Shown here piece after piece: positions 21,416 through 33,400 of a DNA stretch of 64,000 nt (position 1 is the first letter of the stretch; the number at the start of each line of letters is the position of its first letter). The position numbers and the translations under genes are program-made. The stretch is taken from NCBI GenBank assembly GCA_965178125.1, contig OZ237743.1:1178001-1242000 (forward strand), written 5' to 3'. The notes beneath the pieces are model-generated. The model saw only the letters and a list, made by a program, of their open reading frames with translations, made no database searches and was not told the origin of the DNA. Source of the stretch: Bilabrum cf. latius (Eukaryota).

Positions 21416-24400
21416 TCAGTGCCCCGGCTCTGGCGCCTCCTTCAGCGGCTTGGCCTAGCCCATCGCGAGCCTCGCCTCCCCCTCGTCGTCAAACAGCCGC
21501 AAGAACTTGTCCCTCGTGGCGTAGAAGCTCGGTCCCGCCCAGAACAGCTTCCCGCAGGTCCTGCACTCGAAGTACTCGTCCACGGTGGCGAGCACCTTGG
21601 GATGCACGCCCAGCCCACCCCGCTCCTGCACCGTCTGCGAGTCCAGCACGAAGTAACCCACTCCGTTGCATGACCCGCACCTGCTCATTAGGTCATCCGC
21701 GGCACACGTCAGGCCAAACGCGTCCACCAGCTCTCCGAACTGGTCCGACGTCTCGTGCTGGGGGAGGAAATACAGCGCCCCGCCGCCGGCCTTGCGCCCC
21801 TGCATGAGTCTCCTGTCCCTCGTGATCACGATCCGGCCGTCCCTCGCCCCGCACGCGGACACCCACTCTCGCTTCGCGTCGCCCCTGTGCGCCGCATCGG
21901 CACCAACCACCCTCAGCCAGCGGCACAGCCGTCCCAAGTTCGCGTCAAGCACGAACATGGGCTGCAAGAATAGCTTGCGAGCCAGGGAAGCATCGCTCGG
22001 CGGCTGTTGCTTCCTGTCTTCGTGCGGCTGCAGGTGCCACGGGACGTAAGCCGCCCGTCTCTTCGCGGCCTCCTCCGGCTCAGAGGCACCCGAATGTCCA
22101 GGAGGCAGGGCGGCCGCACCGGCTCCCCTTGTGCCGGCGTGCGACTTTGGCTTCCTGCCCTTGCCTCCATTGCTGCCATTTGGCTTGCCCGCCACCGCCC
22201 CACTGCCGGCAGCATTCTCGCCTGCTTCTCCAACTACCACGCGAGCATCCCGTCGGTCCCCCTCGGGACTCGTGGCGCACAGTCGAGCCACCGTAGCGCC
22301 GCTGGCGTCATGCAGCTCAGGCCACGTCAGCCTGACCATGTGGCGACTCGTGCCCCCACCAGCAAACAGATTCACGCCAGCAGCAGCCTCTGCACCGCTG
22401 CCATCGCCATCACTTGCCCCCGCGCCGCTAGACGGGTCAGCCTTGCTGGCGCCAGAGGTATCGCCGGCAGCAGTAGCAGCCGCCGCCCGCCATGCAGCCG
22501 GCACAGCAGCATCCGCCAGCACACGGAGTCCCTTCACACCGCCGTGACCGCAAGGCGGGAACGCCCCGGGCCTGTACCCGAAGATCTCCTCGCACTGGGC
22601 AGGAGATGCCATGCGCACGCGCCGCCGAGATACGCCGCACGCTGCTGCGATGAGACCGTAGTCGACGCGATCGTTGCCGCCTGCCAGCACCAGCACTGGG
22701 GTGGGCTCAAGGATCGGCCCTGCGTCTGACGCTGCACTGCTTTCAGCGCCTTTGCCCTTCGCCTGCTTGGGTTTCTTCTGCTTGGTTGGCGCAAGCACGA
22801 ATGCGAGGGACTTGACCACCATGCCAACACCCACTCCCAGCGACTCCGCGGCATCCTCCGCCGTCGCGCTTTCCCCAGACTCAAATACGCGGCCCATGTC
22901 AATACCGTGGGCTAAAAGTGCGGCACGGACAGCATCTGGTCCAGTGGAGTGCCCACCCTAAGCGACCGCTCCCCCAGAACCGGCCGCTGTGCGACCAGCA
23001 GGCTTCTAGGGTGACTGCTGCGCGGCGTCCGCGGCCCCCTTCTTCGGCACGACCAGAGGGGAGTACACGACCCTTCTCCATGCCTGTCGCAAAGCTCGAT
23101 CGGCGGGAGCCTCTTCCTCGCTCTGGCTGCCTGCAGCAGCACGAGCGGCCCTCGCTTCGGATTTTGCCGATGGGCCGCATGCGCCTGCCTCCTCCACTGG
23201 CGCACCACCAGTCGCCACAGCGACCGCACTCGACAACTCGGAGGGTGTGATAAAGGAGGCTGAGCCCTTCTCTAGCTCTTTTGGGGTGAGCCTGGCGGGG
23301 CCCAGGCACGGCACGAGTGACGCAGCCACGAGACTTCTGCCTGCGTGAAGCACACTCGCTGATCCAGGGGTCGCTCCCGCGCTCGTGAGAGCAGCGGATG
23401 GACCCGATCGACTAACGCGTTGCAAGCTCTCCGCCAGCGACACGAGGCACAGGGCGTCGCTCGCGGCGTATCTCACCTGCTGCGGAGTGAGTGGCCTCCT
23501 CTGCCAGTCGCTAATCTGCTGCCGCTTGTTCAGAGGAAGGCCCAGGTACCGACGCGCAATTCCGCTGAGTCCCTCCCTGCGGAATGACGTCACCGCGGCA
23601 GACCTCCCCGGGTCATCGCTTGCCGCGCTGCCGGCGGCCAGAGCCTCAGCAGCCGCCGCCAGATGGGGCAGATCACACGCCGCTGCGACCTGGCCAAAGG
23701 CGCGGGCCCATCGGGGGTAGGATCCGGCGAGTCTAGACAGGTCACCATCGATCCCACAGGCGAGCTTCGCGGCCCACTCGGCCCGCAGCAGACGGCCAAC
23801 GCTCGCGTCCAGCAGCCCCGACACATCCGCTGCATCTGAGCCTGAGGTCCGTGTGCCAGTATCCGTGGGTGTGCGGGTCTCGGACTCGGGGGTCGCATAC
23901 CTGTGCACTTCCTCCTCCTGGTAAAGAGCAAGCAAATCAACGATCAGGACCAGCCGAGGCCCCAGGGACAGCTGCAGGGTGCTTACGGGCCAGGATACGC
24001 GGCCAGGGTGCGACGCGGACAGCGGTAATGGCTTCAAAAGCGTGCCCGACAGCCCCGGCTGGAGGTCGAAACCGCCTACTGACCGCATCGAAGAAGGCCC
24101 GGGCGCAGGCATCATGTGATCGTACCTTCCAGACGGCCGCCATTCCGCGTCGAGTCCCACCCACAGGCGACCAATCAGCACGCCATCGCTGCCGGTCAGA
24201 GCCTCAGCCAGCCGCTCCACCACACGAGCCATCGCCCTGAGGCTAACCGTATCCTTGACAAGATACACGTCGCATCGGCCAGCGTCGCTGCCTAAAGGAG
24301 CAATGCCGTCGCTGCTAGGTCGCACTCCCGAGGATGCACCGGTGTCCTCTGCCTTGGTATTGATGCCGAGCACAGAGTCAGGCACCTCCTCGCTGGATCT

Positions 24401-27400
24401 CAGAGGCCCTCTCAGCTGCATCGTAGGGGTCCAGTGCTTGGGCACATGATGGGCGGGATTGGTGCCACTGTGTGCTCCGGACGATGGCGATGAAGATGAA
24501 GATGAAGCACCAGTGCCCTTGCCAGATCCAGCGAGCCCAGCAGATGATGAGACCGCCGAGTGCTGTCTCACGGCGCGCAGCCTATCCCAAGCGAGCTTTG
24601 GAAACCACGGCAGATCCGAAGCCGCCGAGTCGACTGGTGGAATCAAAGCGAGCATGGTATGGTCTTCGCTGGACGATTCGCCTTCCGTTGACTTGGCGCC
24701 AGCTGCTGTAGTCGGTGCAGTCTCCGACGCAGCTCCTTCCGTACCTAGGGCTTCCTGTTGTAACCTAGAGGTGGATGCCTGTCGCTGCCGGATCCTAGCA
24801 GACAGGTCTTCATAGCTCGAGCACAGGGGTATCAATGCCCACCACCTGGCCGGCTGCTCGCCGGAGCCGTCCTCCTGGCCATCAGTGCCCCTCGCCGTGA
24901 TGGACCGCAGAGGTGCTCCGTCCGCCTTCCTTGGCTCTGGAAGCAGAGATACTTCCTACGGTCGAGCGGGTGCCTGCCCTTCTTCACCAAGTGACAAGAG
25001 CCAGAGGGCATGAATGTGCTGGGGAGACAGCTCAACCATCTCGTGCTGGCCGATTGAAGTGCTGCCTGCGCTCCCTTCACTGCACCCCGAATCACTGGAC
25101 GCGGCACCAGCACGCGTGGCGGGTCCACCTCGTCGCGCCGGATCGTCACCCGGAGCGAAGGCTCCTGCAGCAGCGGTGCTGGTGCCGTCTCTTGACTTGC
25201 GGTGCAACGGCAGCTGCATCTTCCAGCCCTCGCACATGAGGCACGCTTCCCTGAACCACCCGGCCCCGATGCACCACCGCACCACGGCTCGCTGCAGCTG
25301 GGGGTCAGCGCCGGCGTATGCGCACGCAAGAGGCAGCTGAGCTTGCCTCAGCAACTCTGCCAGCGATGTCATCCTGTATCCGCTGGACGCTGCAGCCGCC
25401 CTCCGCTTGCTCTGCTTCCTGCCGCCCCCGACCGTGGCTTGATCAGGGGCTCTCGTTTCCGGCAGAGGCTCGTCTGGGTCGATGGCGGCAGGCGCATGCA
25501 CGCCCCTGCCAGTGTACAGCTTCTCGTGCCTCAGCGCCCGCCCCTTCGCAGTCTCATCTCCAGCGGTCGCCGCGGCGATGGCAATGGCGCGGCCCTGCCG
25601 CAACGCCTGGCTCACTGCACGCACTGTGCCCGAGCCGCCGTCCGCCCCTGCTGCAGAGGCAGCCGCGTCCGCCGTTGTGAGCCTAGGCTTCTGCGCGCCG
25701 CGGTGACCTGGGTCCTCACCAGCCGTCTACAGCTCACTAGATGGTCCGATGTCCTCACTTTCGTCATCATCGGAATTGGGAGCAGGCGGCAGCACCCCCA
25801 CCACCTCCCTCTCCACCCAACGGACAGACCCATCGGGGAGCACCTCCGGACGGAATTGGGAAGACCTTGACAGCGCCTGGGCGCGGCTCTAAGGGTCACC
25901 CCCGGGGCCTCCGATCGCCTCTTTCTGCCTCTTTCGGAGCCTCTCGAGGTGCTGCGAGGTGGACGGCATGGCGCCCTCTTCGTCCTGCCTCTTGCGCCAG
26001 CCCTTGACCGGCCGATAGCTCTGGTTCGTGGACGGGTCTCCGAGCACCGCCGTCCCGTCCCCAGTTGTGCCGCTAGTAGCGCCTGCGGCAGCGCTCGGAG
26101 CACCCCGGTGGAACGACTCTGGCGCGCCACCGCCCAGAGACAGCATGGCCGTGCCCGCGGCCGACTTGGCGCTCACCCGGCTGTGCATGCCGGCAAGCCC
26201 AGGCCTCCAAACCGGGGTCCGGATCTGGCGCGGGAACCGCTGCGTGGAGCCATGCACGGAGGGAACACCGATGGAGCCATCTATCCCCGCGCCAGGGGCG
26301 TCCGGTGCTCCCGATGGCTCCTGCTCGCCCGATTGCGCGGTACCGCTGCGGAACCGGGCGGCGTCCCGCTCCGCAGCCAGAGCCGCCCTTGACAGCGACT
26401 CGACGGCCCGGGGCCTGGACTGTGCCCTGGCCATGCCCTCCACCGCGCGGAGGGCCCTCGCGCGGTGTGATGAGTGCGATTCAGTGGCCTCGGGCCAGAG
26501 GCAGGCCGCGAGGGGCTGTGCCGCTGAGAAGTTTCGGCCCGCGAGCTGAGTGGCCTGCAGCAGCTGGTCCACTTCCGCCTCGCTGAGAGCGCCAGCAGGG
26601 GCATCCGGCCAAACTGGTGCGGGCGAGATTGCAGTGGCACTAGCGTTCGTGCCAGCAGCCGGGTCATCATCGAAGGAACCCTCAGAGGCAGCAGGTTTGC
26701 TCGCAGGCGCTGCACCAGCGCCTTCAGTCTTGGCCGAGTCTTTGGATGGACCGGCATCCCCCCCAACGTTACTAGCTCCACCCGCATCTGCTAGATCGTT
26801 CTATATCAAACCTGCATCTCCGAGCGCGCGCTACACCACGTCGCTACCGCCAGCAGACGGCCGTGGTTCCCCCCCGCTTCCACCAGTCCCTGTCGAGGAC
26901 GATGCAGCAGTCCCTGTCGAGGACGATGCAGCAGTCCCTGTCGAGGACGATGCAGCAGTCCCTGTCGAGGACGATGCAGCAGTCCCTGTCGAGGACGATG
27001 CAGCAGTCCCGATCGAGGACGATGCAGCAGTCCCGATCGAGGACGATGCAGCAGTCCCTGTCGAGGACGATGCAGCAGTCCCGATCGAGGACGATGCAGC
27101 AGTTTCATCGAAGGCACCATCGGCGCGCAGACGGGCAGCGAGCACAATCTACAAGGCAGACACGAGGCAAAGCCTCTTCTCCCTCTGGCGCAGGCTCTTG
27201 GCCTGTGAGGCAGCCTTGGCTTGTTCCCTGGCTTGTTCCCTGGAAACTGCTTTCTCGCCCTCTGCTGCAGCACCTGGCGCTGGCTCTGCAGCTGCCACTC
27301 CCCCTAGTCTAGCTGCGGGCCCAGAGCTCGATCGATCCTCCTCGTCTAGTCGTCCAGCGGCTCGAAGCAACGCGTGGACCAACCGCGGCGCCGCGCACGG

Positions 27401-28414
27401 GTTCCGCAGCGCCCTCCAGTGCAGGATGGGCAGGGCCTCGATGGCGCCTGGGAGCACGGCGAGGTTTGCGTCGCGGTCTGCCTGCGAGCCGAAGCTGGAT
27501 TGCTTCGATACGCTGGGTATGGCAGTGGCCCGGGGGGGCTGGTTCCCTTCGCTAGTGGTGGCGGGAGTCGTCGTTGTGCTGGGGGTTGAAATGCGAGTGC
27601 CAGTGGTGCCAGTGGCAGCCTTGCCCGGCGCACTTGCGAGAGCAGTGGGTGCCTCAGGGAGAGTGCTGGGGTCTGGCTGGTCTGCTCTTCCTGTTGTACG
27701 CTGCTGCAGCCAAACCAGATGCATGGATATACATCGTAGTATCGACGCTAGTGGTGACCACGGGAGGTCTGCGGCCTCGGGGGCAGTGCCGGCTGGGCTC
27801 GAACTGCCGTGCAGCTCGACATCGTGCTGTGATCGCAGCGCTGCGGCAAGCCCGCTAAATAGAAGCAGGTCGCGTTCCTTCGGTGAACTACCGGATGGTG
27901 CACCATCTGGCCGGAGTGCAACCGGAATTGACTGGGGAATGGACGCAGCTGATGGCCTGCAGCAAGCACACACGAGAGACGATTCCGCGTCCTGGTCTCC
28001 CTCGGCGCCATCAACAACGCGAAATGCACCCATCTTCGCCAATGACAAAATGGCAATAGAGGCTCTGGCAATTGGTGACAGTTGCGATTGCAGCCAGCAA
28101 TTTTCGACTAGCTGCGCGGGTTGAAAAAGGCGGGACCCCACTCGTCGTGCACAGACTTGGAACTCAGCGGCCATTCTCCGTACTCATTGAATACATCTTA
28201 CCAGCGACAATCTTTTGATAACATCTGGTACGTCTCCGCGAACAATCGCGGCTGCCAGTGATTTGCGAGCAGTGGCTACGACGCTTTTTGTTGGCGGGCC
28301 GTGGCTTGGAGTTACCAACTCTCTTGACACACGCAATGCCTCTCTGACAAACTCGGCATCAGACGCATGCGACCCGATCATTGTTCCGTGGAAATCATCG
28401 ATTGACGACTGCAT
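21416..28414 (-). CDS. Mut-7/EXD3-like 3'-5' exonuclease fused to YbaK-like and Mut7-C domains (~2300 aa); predicted intron 28112-28201
   Basis: Six ORF fragments share one frame, separated only by TAG. GLDAEWRP, QISDWQRRPL..QVRYAASDA (DEDDy); VKSLAF..GYRPGAFPP (YbaK); DANLGRLCRWLRVVG..SRCGSCN..CRTCGKLFW (Mut7-C). Stop TGA 21416. Confidence 0.85.
26884..27103. repeat. Coding minisatellite, ~9 x 24 bp (TAASSSTG)
   Basis: CAGTCCCTGTCGAGGACGATGCAG tandem copies. Confidence 0.92.
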
Positions 28415-28537
28415 CTTTCTTTCTGTAAGTGCGCAAGAGCCGCTGGAGAGAAACGGTACTCGTTCTCGCCATTCCGAGTTGCCATGAAGAACGAAGCGTG
28501 AGTGCACTCGAGAAATCGTGACGAGGGCGTTCCGGCT

Positions 28538-30250
28538 TCACTCCGGTCGAAGCCACTGCCTCGCTCTCCACTACGGCTCGATCGGCTCCCACTCCAGCTC
28601 GCCCTCGCCGTGCTCACCCGCGCCCGCATCGGAATCCAGCCTCCTCGCCCTGCTCTCGAGCATGTCAGCGTCCAGGTACAGCCCGTGCAGCAGCCGCTCC
28701 CCCGCCATGGGGTCGAACGGTTCCCTGCCGTGAAGCATCCTGCGGTTGTCGAAGACGAGCACGTCACCCGGCCGCAAGCGGAACCTCAGCACCGCGGCGC
28801 CGGGCACGTCTCCCTCCGCCTCGCTCACCCCAGGCCCGCCCAGATCCATGGCCAGGTCAGAGGGGTCGATGGGGGGCAGCTCGCTGTCCAGAAGCCGAGC
28901 CAGCTGCCCGTAGGCCGTCATGAAGCGGTCACCTGCCTCCCTCATTCCACTCGTCACACCCCCACCCTTGCCAGCGGCGCTGCTTGCAGCGGCCGCGGCG
29001 GGCCAAAAGTCCTGCATGCAGATGTTCCTCGAGTCCACGTGGATCGCTCGCATGTCCACTTTGCCCACCCACGATGCGTCCACTTCAGGTGCGTGATCCG
29101 CACTCGACAAGCCACCCAAGCCGCCAGTTCCCCGCCCGGTTGTTCCCTGGGCCCAGTCCTCGAACGCGACAGAGGGCCTGTAGCCAGCGCGGGCCACGCC
29201 ATGGGTCCCCCCCTCCCCCTCTTCCTCCTCCTCCTTCACGGAGGCTCCTACCAGCCAGGCCCTCCTGGCCTCCAGTACAGGGTGCACTGCACGAAGGCGG
29301 TCGCGCTGGTTGCCCTGCCAGCGGAAGCCCACCGGAGTTGTAGTTAGTTCCGCAGCGGCGCGCGGCGCCACTTTACGGAGGCGCGCGGCCGCTCGGAATC
29401 CATCGGCCAGCGTGGAGGCCCCTCCGCCCGACGGGGCAGCCTTGGCACAGTGCAGCAGCTGCACGGTGGGCGGCTGCTCTCTGTACGGCAGATCGGTGTG
29501 GAGGGGCAAGGCGGCCCCCGTGTAGGCCATCGATTCCGGGTTGGGCTTGGACTGCACCTTGAAGGTCGGCTCGTAGTGAGTGGATCGCGGGCCCCCGCCG
29601 GTGAGGCGCTGGGCAGTTGCCATCGCCACGGCGTCGCCGGGGTCAGACGTGCTCGCTCGTATGTGCTCGGGGAGCGAACCTGGAGCAAGTGCCTCGGGGA
29701 TGTGGGCCGAGTCCGCACCACGCAGCACCACGAACCCGAACGAGCGGAAGGACTCAAGGGCCTTTCCTAGCGCCGCGTTTGCAGTCATCACGTGGGCCCA
29801 TTCGAAACAAGCGGCGCCCTCTGCCGTCGATTCGGCACGATCGAAAGAGCTTCCAAGCAAGGCGTCGCGATGCGCCGTGCCGTGCCAAAGTGCGGTCGCA
29901 CCGATCAAAGAAGTGTCCTTTCCGCAGCCGTTGATAGCATCCCAATCTTTTTGGCTGAATGATACTCTGCTATGCGCCGACTTACTCCCTCGGAAGGCAA
30001 CGTCCACTGTTTCAGCACGCGAATGCATTGGATCGCCAACTGCTGTGACGTCGCGAATACTAGTACACTAAGCAAAATCAATGATTCTTTGGTTCGTTCC
30101 TGCATCTCTGTACGGCGCTGATCGATCGGCTGCACGGAGTATTCCAGGGCTAATGCTTTCCAAAGCGTAACTTGCCTATCGGGCCAACGAAACACGTCGG
30201 AAACCCTACGGCAGTACTGTTGATGTCAAACTCTTTCGCATCATTTTCAT
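28538..30250 (-). CDS. TauD/gamma-butyrobetaine-type Fe(II)/2-oxoglutarate dioxygenase, 570 aa, possible mitochondrial presequence
   Basis: LHTDLPY (HxD), VQLLHC, DGF, FDNRRMLHGR. TAG read-through adds a GBBH-N-like segment (TNQR) and an Arg/Ser-rich N-terminus; stop TGA 28538. Confidence 0.85.
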
Positions 30251-30430
30251 GATATTTAAATTCTACCCGGAAAATCTGTCTCAGGCATCTGAGCGACGCA
30301 AGATTCGAACATGGATCGTGGTTCTGCGCGCTATCGTGCAATGCATACAAAAAATCAGTATTTTGGCATTTGTACGTTACAAATGGTATTGCCAGCTGCA
30401 CCACACCGCAAATCACAACAATTCTTGCGA

Positions 30431-33400
30431 ATGACATCGATTCCTAGAATATAGCGCCTTGCATCCATTGGAGACGATGGTGATTTATCAACACAAACTG
30501 TAGCTGTCGCGGTTGATTGGTCCAACATCAAATGGCCGGCTAGATCGGCAGGGTACGAGGTCGATCCTGCCAGGTTCATTGAGCAGGTTGTTCGCGGTAG
30601 GACTGTGCTCCAAAATACCGATGGTGCAAATAACATTCACTTTGAGGGATCCGCAGGTTCAGCTGCATCTGCTAGGGCCTTGAAGAGGAGGTTCGAGTCG
30701 CTTCCGTGCAAACCGACCGCAGAATTTGAGATCAGGGACGGGAAGGAGCTGCAGGTGGACGCAAACGTCCGCTACAAGGCCATGTCAATGGTCTCAGAGA
30801 TGGTGCGACAAATGGATCGCACAAGGGATGAGCTCACTAGAACTGGGGGAAACCCGCGGCAAGCAATGAGGCATACCCTCGTGCTGTGCACTGGTGAGCA
30901 GTTTCAGAGCCCCATGCCATGCACCGGGAGCTCAGCATGCGCATCAAGTCTGTTTCAAATCGAATGAGCTTGCCGTAACTTCGTCCGCCAATTCGCATGA
31001 GCTTCGCAGGTGACGGGAATTCGAGTGGGCATCTCAGGTCTACAATCCATACTTTCCCGAGTCTGGTCTCGGAGATTCTGGACAGAGGACTGTATGTTGA
31101 AGTGGTGGCATGCAAAAATGCCATCAGCCCGAAGTTCCGCCAGATTCAGAGGAACCATCGCTACGGAAACCGTCTGAGCATCCGTTTGGTCGGAGAGCCT
31201 GGCGGCACGCCTCCCTATCACATCGAATACCAGTCGGTAGAGAAAGGGGCACCCAGGATGGGTCAAGCGGCGACGCAATTGGATCCTACAAGTCAGAGCG
31301 TTCTTTCTAAGCTGCTTTCTCCTACCGGCGATGCCGGCGCGCTACTGAGAGAGTCTTGCCTGCACAGGCAGCGCCAGGCCCGGAGGGTGGTCGACGACAT
31401 GCCACTGTGGTGCGTGGACGCGATCGACCCCGCGAGGGCTCCCCCGGTGGCCGCGGAGACAATGGAAGATGCTACCAAGCTGCTGGACGAGTCCCTTCAG
31501 TTGCTCAAGGACGAGGCATTGAAGGCTGACACTGCCATGGCAATGGCGGCCACATCAAAGTCGATCACCTGCGAGGACCCAGCCGTTCCGCAGCAGGACG
31601 GTGCCGGACCCAGGTCAGATCCAGAGGAAGTCGTGCTCAGCAACGCGATGGTGCCTGGCCAGCGCTATTCAATCACAGTACCTCGGAACTCCACACTGGA
31701 GGAGCTCACCGCGCGTGCATCTGCACAATTCCACGTCGACGTCAACCTCGAGTACATGTGCAGGCAGCCGCAGGGACACGACGCGCTTGAGTCTGTGTTT
31801 ACCACTGGACGGCTTCGTCAAGCTTGGGATGTGGCAGAGATGGACCACAAGACGCTCGAGCTGTTCTGCATGCCGACTAGCAGCGACTCTGTGTCCAAGA
31901 CCACCAAGTCAGCTGCCTTGGAAGAAACGGGGCACAGCGAAAGCAAGGAGGCCCCAACTGACGACTCAAGCGGTGTACGTCCCAGTTTCTCTTCTGTGGG
32001 GCAGACCCCGCCTGCCTCGGGAGCCGGTTCCAGTGGTGGTGCAGCCGAGGCATCCGGAGATAGGGCCTCAGGCCGCCAAGCCCCTGTCGATTTGAAGAGA
32101 ATCCCAGAGAAAGAAGTGCCGTCTCTCAAGCTCATCAGGACTGCTGCCCGTGCGGAGATCTAGGAGGCCAGACAAGCAATGAAGGAGGTGCTGACAGGCA
32201 AGCACTCAAAGACGGCATCCACGGAGAGTGCAGCAACAGGCATGACTCGGGATGCTGTCGTGCAAAACGAGCAGACGAAGCGATTCAATCAAACCCTGCT
32301 GGTGCAGTCATTCAAGCGCTCCAATCTCCTGTATGCGCGAATGATCGGTGATTTGCACGATGTCGCGAGAATCTGGGAGGAGGCTGCGAGCGTGCCAAAG
32401 CACGAGACAGACGAGGCGAAGATGAGGCGGGAAGCCATGGAGGCAGCAGGCATCCCGTGCCCGAAACCAGTCGTAGACATGCGGCCTGCATTGATTGCCG
32501 CACTGCATGGACGCATGTGCTTAAACCTCAACGCGTGTTCTCGCGGCCTGCGCATCTTCGAGCAGGAGTCTGGAGTCGTCGCCAAGTGCCGTGAGATTGT
32601 CAACGCACGCACTCGGCCAATCATCACACCTGTGGCTCTGGTCACCGGCCGCACCGGCAGCGGCAAGTCCACCCAGATCCCCCAGATCCTGCAGCAGTAC
32701 GGCATCGTGTCGAGGCACAGGGGCAATCGCATGCTGGTCACGGAGCCGAGCGCCAGTGCCGCCCGCATGCTCGCAGACCGTGTGGCGAGGGAGATGGGCG
32801 AGGGCAAGGTCGGTGGCAGGGTGGGGCTGGTGCTGGAGAGCAAGGGTCAGACTACAGTCAGCGTGTCTGAGGAGACCGCCATCGTGTTTACCACGGAGGG
32901 CACTGCCCTGCACATGGCAGGCAAGCTGCTAGCCAGCGGAGGAGAGGAGGGTGGCGTCGATGGGGACCTGCCGCCCGTGTCTGACTTCGGCTTGATCATG
33001 GTGGATGAGGTGCACGAGCGGGGAGTGCAGTGCGATGCACTCCTGGGCATGCTCAAGGAGGCCCTGAAAGTCCGGCCAGTAGATGAGGCCGCAGCAACGG
33101 CCGCTGGTGCGGCTGATGCGGCAATGCGCTACAGGCCTGCCGTGTTGGTGGCATCAGCCACGCTAGACACGGATAAGCTGCAGAGCTACTTGCAGAGCTC
33201 CTAGCGACTCAACATCCGCGGCTAGAGCTACGAGACGTCCACAAGACACGAGCGCCTGGACTCGATCACGCGACGCGTGTACAAATTCTACAACGAGTGC
33301 AAGATAAAGGTGCCCAGGTTCTCGGTTCTGGGACCACATGCTGCAGCCAGGAGAACTGATAGGGTGCGCCCCATCTACAGGCCAAGTGCGTAGGACCTGT

